Shown here one piece after another: positions 53,871-61,852 of a stretch of 64,000 nucleotides of DNA (positions are counted from its first letter, which is position 1; each line of letters opens with the position of its first letter). The translations under genes were made by a program, and so were the position numbers. The notes beneath the pieces are model-generated. The model worked only from the letters and a program-made list of their open reading frames with translations, was not told where the DNA came from and did no database searches. The stretch is from Alphaproteobacteria bacterium (GTDB lineage Bacteria; Pseudomonadota; Alphaproteobacteria; GCA-2731375): the NCBI GenBank assembly GCA_965226475.1, contig CBDDDJ010000002.1, positions 862,697 through 926,696 on the forward strand, given 5' to 3'.

Positions 53871-54322
53871 GACGGCTTGCGCTTCGCCGGTTTCCCGATG
53901 CCATTGTGCGCAGGCGCCAGGGCGTCGGCGCTTTTGACGAATACGGAGAGTGGATTCAAGGGCAGATCGTGACCGTCGTGCTGCCCGCGAGCATCCAGCC
54001 TGTGAAGCTGGAGGACTCAGATTTTGCCGGCGGGGTGAGTCTGGTGGATCGTCTCAAGGTCTATGTGCCGGTCGGGATCGAGCGCGTCGTGACTCCAGGC
54101 GACACGTTGAGGTGGAACGGCGGCGTACTAACCTGGAACGGCGCCCCGCTCATGTGGGGCGGACCTATCGGCTATCGCGCTGGGGACGAGAACCCCTTGG
54201 CGGCGGCGTTCGAGGCCGCGGGCGCGGACGAGGTAGAGATCGGAACGACCCACTACAGCGTCGTTGAGTCCGAGCTTTGGCGCGGCGGGCATGTCCGCGC
54301 GATCCTGCTGAGGGAAACGTGA
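53867..54322 (+). CDS. Putative head-closure/stopper protein
   Basis: FDEYGEW, ASIQP, KVY, DEVEIGTTHYSV beta-rich pattern; ATGA overlap. Confidence 0.5.
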   Translation: MRRLALRRFPDAIVRRRQGVGAFDEYGEWIQGQIVTVVLPASIQPVKLEDSDFAGGVSLVDRLKVYVPVGIERVVTPGDTLRWNGGVLTWNGAPLMWGGPIGYRAGDENPLAAAFEAAGADEVEIGTTHYSVVESELWRGGHVRAILLRET

Positions 54323-55386
54323 TGCGCTGGCCGTGGTCGAAACCGGAGCGGCGCGAATCGGGCGGCGATTTTTCCGATGCCGTTGTCCGGCTGATCGAGG
54401 CGCAGGCGGCCGGCACGGCGGCGGATGCGTCGTCTACGGCTGCGGTCGAGGCGGCCGCCGGGGCGCTGTCGAGGGCCTTCGCGAGCGCCGAGGTACAAGG
54501 TGCGCCCTGGGTCCGGGATGCCGTCTCTCCGACCGTCCTGGGGCAAATCGGGCGCGACTTGGTTCGGTCGGGTGATTCGATGCACGTTGTCCGGGTCGGC
54601 GGCGATGGCGCCGTGCGGCTGATCCCCTGTTCGTCCTGGCACTGGGAAGGGAGTCACGATCCCGCGAGTTGGGCCGTGCGAGTGACCGCCTATGGACCGA
54701 CGACAAGCACGACATGGAACCTGCCGGCGTCGGCGGTTGTGTTCGTTGGGTGGGGATCGAACCCCGGCCAACCCTATGTCGGCGTGGCTCCGACATCATG
54801 GGCGCATGCCACGGCAAGGCTCGGGTCCGAGGTCGAGCGATCCATTGCCGATGAAGTCGGCGGGCCGCTCGCGCAATTGCTGGCGGTCCCGCAGGACGGC
54901 GGCGACGATGGCGACGATGATCCGCTCGCGGCGCTGAAAGCGGACATCGCGGGCGCCCGCGGCCGGGCGATGTTGGTCGAGACCACGGCCGCGGGATGGG
55001 GCGAGGGCAAGACCGCCGCGCCGCAAGCCGACTGGCGGCAACAGCGACTCGGGCCGGCCCCGCCCGAAGTGATGGCGCGGCTCCGATGCGATGCCTTCGC
55101 GCATGTCTTGGCCGCTTGCGGGGCGCCGCCGTCGATGTTCGTCGACAACGCGGACGGGACGGCGCAGCGCGAGGCCGTGCGCCGCTGGCATCTGAATACC
55201 GTCTTGCCGATGGCGCGCATGGTCGAGCATGAGCTGACGCGAAAGCTCGAAACGCCGGTGCGGCTGAAATTCGATTCCTACGCGATGGACATGGTGAGCC
55301 GGGCAACCGTGGTCGCGAAGCTCACCGGGGCCGGGGTGGCGCCGGGCGTCGCGCTGGCGGCGGTGGGATTGGCGGATGACGAATGA
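54322..55386 (+). CDS. Phage portal protein (short, 354 aa)
   Basis: TAAVEAAAGALSRAFAS, RDLVRSGD, YVGVAP, AACGAPPSMF, VLPMARMVEHELTRKL. Confidence 0.8.
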   Translation: MRWPWSKPERRESGGDFSDAVVRLIEAQAAGTAADASSTAAVEAAAGALSRAFASAEVQGAPWVRDAVSPTVLGQIGRDLVRSGDSMHVVRVGGDGAVRLIPCSSWHWEGSHDPASWAVRVTAYGPTTSTTWNLPASAVVFVGWGSNPGQPYVGVAPTSWAHATARLGSEVERSIADEVGGPLAQLLAVPQDGGDDGDDDPLAALKADIAGARGRAMLVETTAAGWGEGKTAAPQADWRQQRLGPAPPEVMARLRCDAFAHVLAACGAPPSMFVDNADGTAQREAVRRWHLNTVLPMARMVEHELTRKLETPVRLKFDSYAMDMVSRATVVAKLTGAGVAPGVALAAVGLADDE

Positions 55387-55441
55387 CCAAGCCTGCCCGG
55401 ACTGCGACCGGCCCCGCGCCGACATCCAAATCGGCGGTTTT

Positions 55442-55463
55442 TCTGTGACACGTCTGTGACACG
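55442..55463 (+). repeat. Tandem 11-bp direct repeat, probable integrase arm-type sites
   Basis: TCTGTGACACG x2, ~46 bp from the tRNA 3' end. Confidence 0.65.
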
Positions 55464-55509
55464 GTCCCCTTCGCGTGTCCCTGAAATTCCCCTAGGTCAT
55501 TGAAAAGAT

Positions 55510-55586
55510 TGGCGACCCCGGCAGGACTCGAACCTGCGACCTGTGGATTAGAAGTCCACTGCTCTATCCAGCTGAGCTACGGGGCC
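55510..55586 (-). tRNA. tRNA-Arg (TCT)
   Basis: GGCCCCGTAGCTCAGCTGGATAGAGCAGTGGACTTCTAATCCAC...GTTCGAGTCCTGCCGGGGTCGCCA. Confidence 0.96.
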
Positions 55587-55658
55587 CGCGCGCTTCGTCT
55601 TCGGGACGACGATGACAACACTCGGGCAAAACTCTCCAAACGCGGGGGCCAAGTCAAA

Positions 55659-55979
55659 TCATCTCGGCTCGTAGGGTGCCGTTCCCGGGCCCCGGACGCT
55701 GGCGTAGCTGAAATTGTCCGCATAGACCTTGGGCCTGACGCGGCGCTCGCGCGGCTCGCGCACCTGATAGGCGATGGCGTGGCGTTCGCAATATGCGATG
55801 GCGTCGGCCTCGCTTTCGAAATTTATGCGCAGCTGCTGCCGGGTATCGGCCGACGCCGTCCAGCCCATGAGGGGTTCCACCACGCGGGCGGCGGTCGGAT
55901 CGAATTCCAGCCGCCATGTCGTCTTGGCCCGCCCGGACTGCATGGCCGTTTTTGCCGGGCGATAGATCACCGCCTTCAT
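55659..55979 (-). CDS. ETC complex I accessory subunit (NDUFS4-like)
   Basis: IYRPAKTAMQSG, EPLMGWT, YADNF. Confidence 0.9.
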   Translation of the reverse strand: MKAVIYRPAKTAMQSGRAKTTWRLEFDPTAARVVEPLMGWTASADTRQQLRINFESEADAIAYCERHAIAYQVREPRERRVRPKVYADNFSYASVRGPGTAPYEPR

Positions 55980-56063
55980 CGCAATCGCTCCCCGTCGAAT
56001 GGTGGGCGGACTATCTGAAATTCCGCCGCGCGGCGTCAAGACCCTCGTCCCGATCGGGCGCCT

Positions 56064-56140
56064 TGGTCGGGGAGACTGGATTTGAACCAGCGACCCTCTG
56101 CTCCCAAAGCAGATGCGCTACCAGGCTGCGCCACTCCCCG
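56064..56140 (-). tRNA. tRNA-Pro (TGG)
   Basis: CGGGGAGTGGCGCAGCCTGGTAGCGCATCTGCTTTGGGAGCAG...GTTCAAATCCAGTCTCCCCGACCA. Confidence 0.96.
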
Positions 56141-56361
56141 ATGGCGGTTTCCTGCGCCTTTTCGCGGGTGGCGTCAATGGACAAAATGGAACCAAACGGA
56201 CCTTTTGGGCATCGGAGGCCGGGCAAAGCCCCGTCCGCCCGTTCGCCAGGCGTTCCACCCGCTCCCCGCCCCAAATCGGGGCAGGCATCGATGCCGCGCG
56301 CTGCTAGCCTCGGTTCGCAAGGCGGAGACGAGCCGCTTCGCCGGATAGAGGAACGAGGACA

Positions 56362-57522
56362 ATGAACAGGATCAACCTAGCTATGTCGGCCATCGCCTTG
56401 CTGGCGTCCTTGGCCATCCCCTCGAGCGGAGCGCTGGCGCAGGCCACGGACGTGCAATGCGCCCAATGCGTCGGCACGACGGATATCGCCCTCCAGGCCA
56501 TCACCAACGGCCGGCTGAGAAACAACGCGGTGAACACGGCCAAGATCACCGACGGCGCCGTCACCGCGAGCAAGCTCGCCCCCGGCGCGGTGACCAACAG
56601 CCGGATCGCGCTCGGCGCGGTGCGGGAAGGCCGGATCGCGAACAAGGCCGTCACGACGCCCAAGATCGCGCTCGGCGCGGTGGTGGAGGGCCGCCTGGCC
56701 AACGGCGCCGTCGTGACGAACAAAATCCGGGACGGGGCGGTGACGACGGCGAAAATCGCGGCCGGCGCGGTGACCAACGGCAGGCTCGCCGCCCGCGCGG
56801 TCGGATCCGGCAAGATCCTGGACCGCGCCATCGCCACCGCCGACATCGCCGACGGCGCGGTGACCTCGGCCAAGATCGCCGACGGGACGATCGCCAACGC
56901 CGACATCGCCGCCGACGCCGTGACCTCGGGAACTATCTTCGACGGCACGATCGTAAACGCCGACATCGCCGACGCCACCATCACGGCCGCCAAGCTGGCG
57001 TTCACTTCCTCGACGGAAGTGTACGTCATGAAGGACAGCCAAGGGGACGTGTTCGGCGAGGTCATCGATTTCGGCTCTGCGAATAGCTGGCTGGTGCTTG
57101 CCGATATCGGCGGGACGAATTTCGAACTGGGCGTAATATTCGCGACGAACGGCGCGGGAACCGCCGACGACGCCTATTATTTCAATCGTGGCAGCACTAA
57201 GACGCTTCATTTTGCGCTAGCAGGCTGCGCGGGCACGGCATATTTCCAAACGACCAAGAATGTCGGAATCGAATTGTTCGGCTTCTTCACGAGGCCGATA
57301 TTGCTTGGCCCCCAGACGGGTAGTGGTACGGACCAACGCATCATGTACAAGCCAACGAACCAGACGGAGGTTACCCTGAATATCGCCTCGACGATGACAA
57401 GTAATACGACCTGCACGACGCCTGGAGGAACCGTATCGACAGCCAACCTGATCCCGATGGAAATCGTGGACAGCAATCTGCAAACGACTTTTCCGGGCCC
57501 GTTTACGATCGCGATGCAATAG
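56362..57522 (+). CDS. Secreted protein with ~18 x 10-aa GAVTxxKIAD-type repeats and a distinct C-terminal domain
   Basis: Signal peptide ending GALA-Q; repeats at ~56464-57003. Confidence 0.8.
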   Translation: MNRINLAMSAIALLASLAIPSSGALAQATDVQCAQCVGTTDIALQAITNGRLRNNAVNTAKITDGAVTASKLAPGAVTNSRIALGAVREGRIANKAVTTPKIALGAVVEGRLANGAVVTNKIRDGAVTTAKIAAGAVTNGRLAARAVGSGKILDRAIATADIADGAVTSAKIADGTIANADIAADAVTSGTIFDGTIVNADIADATITAAKLAFTSSTEVYVMKDSQGDVFGEVIDFGSANSWLVLADIGGTNFELGVIFATNGAGTADDAYYFNRGSTKTLHFALAGCAGTAYFQTTKNVGIELFGFFTRPILLGPQTGSGTDQRIMYKPTNQTEVTLNIASTMTSNTTCTTPGGTVSTANLIPMEIVDSNLQTTFPGPFTIAMQ

Positions 57523-57679
57523 ATCAAGCCGAACCGACCCGCTCACCGCCGGCGTTGCGCGGCGACCGGCGGAAGCGCGGGGGAGGATGGTCGCCCGGAG
57601 CGGTATCCATTCAAGTGGAACGCCGGGCCACCGGATTGGAACTTCGCCAGCGGGCGGGGGTCGCCGGCGGCGTTGTGGG

Positions 57680-57862
57680 TCACTTCTTCTTCCCGCGCCG
57701 CGCCCACTCCCGAAGCGTCAGGCAAAGTCGGAGCCAGACCAGGGCGCAGCCGCCTATCGCCGCGAACAGCGTGAAGAGGCTCGTGGCCTGGCCGGCGATG
57801 TCCGCCAGATAGAACCAAACCGCGCCGATACCGATCGGCACGTCGACGATGCTCGGCTTCAA
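57680..57862 (-). CDS. Small membrane protein, holin-like
   Basis: TTG start overlapping the upstream TGA; hydrophobic segments and basic tail RRGKKK; end of the phage-like operon. Confidence 0.5.
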   Translation of the reverse strand: MKPSIVDVPIGIGAVWFYLADIAGQATSLFTLFAAIGGCALVWLRLCLTLREWARRGKKK

Positions 57863-58107
57863 CTCGGCTCCCCCCTCTTCGCTTCGATCGTCTCCCAGTT
57901 CTCGCCGCTGGCGGCCATGCAGGTTGTGCCGCCCGGATTCGTCACCAGGATCGACCAGCCGCCATCGGGCGCCACGAACAGCTCGACCATGTTTCCGTTG
58001 TCGTGCATGCCGATCGCGGTTCGGCCCTCCTGGTGCTGCGTTCTCAGCCCGGCGATGAACATCTCGCGCGGCTGGCATTGCATCCAAGCTAGGGCCGGAA
58101 ATGAAAA

Positions 58108-59132
58108 GGCTCTATTATTGAATCATATGCGTCACCTTGTTATGGCGGCGGCGGGGCAGGCTCGGTCATTGGCGCCGGGGGCGAGGCCGACGAGGTGGAA
58201 CCAGCTCAGGTAGTTGTCCAGATAGCGGGTGGCGATGCCGCGGCGGGGACGCAGGAAGTCCTTCAACCGGCTGTGGCGGCTGTTCACCGTCTGCACATGC
58301 AGATCGCCCCGAACCCGTTCCCCCATCGAGCGGTTGAGTGCTTCGTGGCTCACCCCGAGCGCGGCGGCGCAAGGTGGATAGCTCGCGCCACCGTCGGAGA
58401 CCAGCAGGGCGTCCTTCGCGACCACCGGGTCGAGAGCAGCCGTGAGCGCCGCCGCGTCGACCCTGGGCAGCACCGCGCTCACCGTCGTCCCGCTCCGGTC
58501 CGCCGCCATGAGAACCGGCACCTGCTCGCGCGAGAGGCCGCGCTTCTTCGCCTTGCCGCCCCGCCGCCGTGCCTTGCGTCCCAGCCCGCGCGCGCCCTTC
58601 CGGCTCTCCAGGACGTAGGTCTCGTCCGCTTCCACGATCCCCTTGAGCACCTCCGAATCGCTCCGCGCCGCCGCCAGAAACCGGTGACGCCAGCGGAACG
58701 CCGTGCTCACCGCCACGTCGCAGCGCGCCGCCGAGGCCTTCACCGTCTCCCCCTCCGCCAGCGACGCCCCGAACGACAGCCAGCGTTCCTTGTGGTGCAG
58801 GCCCGACAGCGGCGTACCGGTCAGCGCGTTGAAGGTCCTGCCGCAGCCCTTGCACTGGTAGCGCCGCAGACCCCGCGCCATACCGCGCGAAACCGCCCCT
58901 TCGCTCGCGCAGTGCGGACAGCGCCGGGCCTCGTCCACACCAAGCTCGATCGCGGCCTTCGATGCCTCGCCTTCGCTCCGGCCCGACAGCACCGCGAGCG
59001 CCTCGTGCCGCTGCACGCGCGTCAGCCCGCGCGCCGCCGAAAGCCACACCTGGAAACCCTTGCCGTCCATGACCCAACCCCCTGCCGTTCCTCGCATTCT
59101 ACCGCAAATGCATACAATTCAAGAATTGAGCC
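58108..59132 (-). mobile_element. IS1595-family element type A, copy 2 (1025 bp)
   Basis: IRs GGCTC(T/A)ATT(A/C)TTGAAT..TATGC; 8-bp TSD AATGAAAA at 58100-58107 and 59133-59140. Confidence 0.95.
58132..59070 (-). CDS. IS1595-family transposase (type A)
   Basis: Protein identical to 28048-28986 except two C-terminal residues. Confidence 0.92.
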   Translation of the reverse strand: MDGKGFQVWLSAARGLTRVQRHEALAVLSGRSEGEASKAAIELGVDEARRCPHCASEGAVSRGMARGLRRYQCKGCGRTFNALTGTPLSGLHHKERWLSFGASLAEGETVKASAARCDVAVSTAFRWRHRFLAAARSDSEVLKGIVEADETYVLESRKGARGLGRKARRRGGKAKKRGLSREQVPVLMAADRSGTTVSAVLPRVDAAALTAALDPVVAKDALLVSDGGASYPPCAAALGVSHEALNRSMGERVRGDLHVQTVNSRHSRLKDFLRPRRGIATRYLDNYLSWFHLVGLAPGANDRACPAAAITR

Positions 59133-59629
59133 AATGAAAAGACCGCCACGAGGGCGGCCATCGGGAAGGCCCTGTACCCGGGGCGACGCCGAAAGGGGAG
59201 CATGATCGTTTCCTCGCGGATGCCGGTCCAGGTCAGGCCGTCGGCGTTTGCAGCGCGCGTCTGACGGCGGCCAGATCCTCCGCCGTATCGACACCGCGCA
59301 CCATCTCGGGCACAAGTCCGACGCCTATCCTCATGCCGGATTCGAGGGCGCGTAGTTGTTCCAGGGATTCGGCCCTTTCCAACCGACCGCGTGGCAGCTC
59401 GCAAAACCGCGCCAGCGCCGCGCGGCGGTAGGCGTAGATCCCCATGTGGGGATGGCCCTCCGCGATCGGGGCACGCGTGAAATAAAGCGCGTTCCCCTCG
59501 GCGTCGACGGCCACCCTGGGGGAGTCCGCGCCACCCGAAGCGCCGACGGGCGCGGCAAGGGTCGCGATATCGGAGTCTCCCTTCAGGGCCTCGATGGCCC
59601 GCCACACGTAAGCGGGAGGAATCGTCGGA

Positions 59630-60862
59630 AGGGCTTATCCCTTTGAGCCCGGTTTGACGAGATGTTGAGTTTCTGGTGGGCGTCGGCAGCATGTTCGTGT
59701 AATGTTCCGTCATGGCCAGCCGCTGGAAATATGACCGCCCCATGTCCCGCGCCGCCTTCGAGGCGCGCTTTCCCGATGAAGCCTCCTGTGCCCGGCATCT
59801 CGCCGCCAGGCGCTGGCCCGACGGCTTCGTCTGCCCCGCCTGCGGCCATGACAGGGGCTGGGAACTGAAGCGGCGCCGGGCGAGCTGGGAATGTGCGGCC
59901 TGCGGGAAGGAGACCTCGGTGACCGCAGGCACGATCATGCACCGCAGCCACTTGCCCCTGAAGACCTGGTTCATGGCCGTTCACATCGTGACCAGCCACT
60001 CGAATGGTATCTCCGCCCTGCAACTCCAGGCCCAGCTCGGGCTCGGCAGTTACAAGAGTGCCTGGCTCCTGCTGCACAAGCTGCGCCGTGCCATGGTCAA
60101 TCCGGATCGCAGCCTGCTTGAGGACCTGATCGAGATCGATGAGGCCACCCTCCCGTTCCGCACCGCAAAAGACCCGGCCACAGGCGGGCAAGGTCGCAGC
60201 CCACAAGGCAAGATGCGCATTGCCGGCGCGGTCGAGCTATCGCCCGAGGGCGAGCCACGCCGCATCCGGCTGGCGCCGATCGGGGATTTCTCCGCGCGCA
60301 GCCTTCGTGCCTTCGTTGCCGGAACCTCGGCGCCGGGCGCGCGGGTGATTACCGATGGCTGGAGCGGTTATTGCGGCCTGCCCGACCACGACCACCAGCC
60401 CAAGGTCGTCGGTGCAACGCCCGCCCATCTCGTGCTGACGTGGATCCATCGTGTGTTCTCGAACCTGAAGCGCTGGGCGCTCGGAACCTTCCATGGCCTG
60501 CGCCGCGCCCATCTGCGCCGCTACCTCGACGAGTTCGTGTTCCGCTGGAACCGCCGCCGCCACACCGCAACGGCTTTCGATACCCTGCTCGGCATCGGCA
60601 CGCGCCTGCGACCCGCCGACTACCGCGACATCGTCGGACAACACGTCTGATCCCGGCAGGCCGGGCGCCAGCCATCGCCCGCCCTCCGATCCGCCTCAAT
60701 CGGAGCCGAATACCGGCCCTCCAGTCTGCCTGACAGCACTCGAAACCAACTTCCTCAAGTCCAAAAGCTCCCGCACATCCCCCGGCACGGTCCGAAAACC
60801 GTGCCTGGAACGTAGAAGGCCGATCAACATCTGGTGTGACCGGAAGCAAAGGGATAAGCCAT
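59630..60862 (+). mobile_element. IS1595-family element type B, copy 2 (1233 bp)
   Basis: Ends AGGGCTTATCCCTTTG and CAAAGGGATAAGCCAT; 8-bp TSD TCGTCGGA at 59622-59629 and 60863-60870. Confidence 0.95.
59712..60650 (+). CDS. IS1595-family transposase (type B)
   Basis: Same protein as 47694-48632. Confidence 0.93.
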   Translation: MASRWKYDRPMSRAAFEARFPDEASCARHLAARRWPDGFVCPACGHDRGWELKRRRASWECAACGKETSVTAGTIMHRSHLPLKTWFMAVHIVTSHSNGISALQLQAQLGLGSYKSAWLLLHKLRRAMVNPDRSLLEDLIEIDEATLPFRTAKDPATGGQGRSPQGKMRIAGAVELSPEGEPRRIRLAPIGDFSARSLRAFVAGTSAPGARVITDGWSGYCGLPDHDHQPKVVGATPAHLVLTWIHRVFSNLKRWALGTFHGLRRAHLRRYLDEFVFRWNRRRHTATAFDTLLGIGTRLRPADYRDIVGQHV

Positions 60863-61173
60863 TCGTCGGAATATCGCCCTGGCAATTGACGACAATGTCG
60901 TATTCGCCATTGGCATCCACGAGGTCGACCGCTTCGCGCACCCGGTCGGTGCCCGATGCATGGTCGCTCGAGGTGCCGACGCAATCGCCACCTCCGGCAC
61001 GGATGGTATCGGCGATCTCCGCATCGTCCGTCGCCACGTAGACTGGCCCGACGTCGGCCTCGACGCAGCGGCGCCATACGTGGACCACCATCGCCTCCCC
61101 GGCGATTTCGGCGAGCATCTTGTCGGGGAGCCGGGTCGAGGCCCGCCTGGCCGGGATGACGATCGCGATATTG

Positions 61174-61527
61174 TCAGCCATCTCGCGCCGCCCCCGGCTC
61201 GACTCTCTCGGCCCCGTGCATCCGCTCGCCGAGCGCGATGTAGGCCGGCATGACGACGGCAAGCTTGAAAGCATCGAAAGACGCCCGGACCCGCTCCCAT
61301 TCGCCGTCTTCGAGCAGGACCGCGTCCTCGGCCGACTCGATCTTGTCGATCAGCGCCAGCCGTTCCTTCATCTCCTTGAAATCCAGGCCATTGACGGGAT
61401 CGGAACCGAGGATGCGATCGGCCAGCCATTCGACCGGGTCCATTACCCGCTCCGCTCCGCCGGAATCCCTGACCGGCTCGCCGTCCCGCTCCCGCATCGG
61501 GATCGGGCGAAGGTCGATTTTTCGCAT
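61174..61527 (-). CDS. Hypothetical phage-like protein
   Basis: AAGGGAG-type RBS; overlaps the kdsB start by 8 nt; acidic and helical. Confidence 0.65.
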   Translation of the reverse strand: MRKIDLRPIPMRERDGEPVRDSGGAERVMDPVEWLADRILGSDPVNGLDFKEMKERLALIDKIESAEDAVLLEDGEWERVRASFDAFKLAVVMPAYIALGERMHGAERVEPGAARDG

Positions 61528-61538
61528 GCCTTTCTCCC

Positions 61539-61823
61539 TTAACTCAAGTCGATCGCGGCGACGGCGTCGGCCGCCGCTTCGCCGGCCGCGCGCCGCTCCG
61601 CCTGCAGCGTGATGGCCTTGGCCTGATCGAATATCCCCGCCGACCAGCGGGCGAAGACCTCGCCGTCCGTCATCGCCCGCTCGGCCGGCGGACTCCCATC
61701 CCTGATCGTGCCGTAATGGGCGCGAAGCGCGTCGGCGAACCTCACCAGATGCGCGGCGGGGACGTTGCGCGAGTGACTCAGAAGCGGCGAGCCGGCATCG
61801 ATTTCGATTCTCATCGCGGCCAT
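61539..61823 (-). CDS. Hypothetical phage-like protein (position typical of tail-fibre accessory proteins)
   Basis: AAGGAGG RBS; directly downstream of the fibre-like gene. Confidence 0.65.
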   Translation of the reverse strand: MAAMRIEIDAGSPLLSHSRNVPAAHLVRFADALRAHYGTIRDGSPPAERAMTDGEVFARWSAGIFDQAKAITLQAERRAAGEAAADAVAAIDLS

Positions 61824-61852
61824 GGATCGGCCTCCTTCTTTCGTGTCCGTCC

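Larger units (their letters stand above)
49021..55509 (+). mobile_element. Head-only phage satellite-like element (cf-PICI-like) at the tRNA-Arg 3' end; left arm missing
   Basis: terL-HNH-MCP-protease-head completion-portal; no tail genes; att-like repeats next to the tRNA. Confidence 0.75.
57859..59203 (-). pseudogene. Small exported Cys-containing protein interrupted by an IS1595 element in its signal peptide
   Basis: IS removal restores MLPFRRRPGYRAFPMAALVAVFSF-PALAWMQCQPRE...GGWSILVTNPGGTTCMAASGENW. Confidence 0.75.
59233..61181 (-). pseudogene. kdsB: CMP-KDO synthetase homologue interrupted by an IS1595 element
   Basis: IPARRASTRLPDKML, VATDD, SGTDR, VNCQGDIPT|IPP, ALYFTR, HMGIYAYR, LEQLRALE, VDT. 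Confidence 0.9.

Noticed and set aside
49021-55386. RcGTA-type gene transfer agent
   Set aside because: Gene order differs, tail genes are absent, an HNH gene is present and there is a tRNA-adjacent att signature
55376-55459. Tiny CPDC-containing ORF after the portal gene (possible Ogr/Delta-like activator)
   Set aside because: Only 27 aa with one CxxC, and it runs into the att repeats; insufficient support
56064-56140. tRNA-Pro as the attachment site of the right-hand prophage
   Set aside because: The phage-like genes lie on its 5' side and no duplicated tRNA segment is visible in the window
56464-57003. 30-bp periodic DNA as a possible CRISPR array
   Set aside because: Degenerate in-frame protein-coding repeats; no spacers and no cas genes
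47482-60862. Inverted type-B IS pair as a composite transposon or inversion carrying the satellite and tRNAs
   Set aside because: The right copy has its own perfect TSD inside kdsB, so it inserted independently
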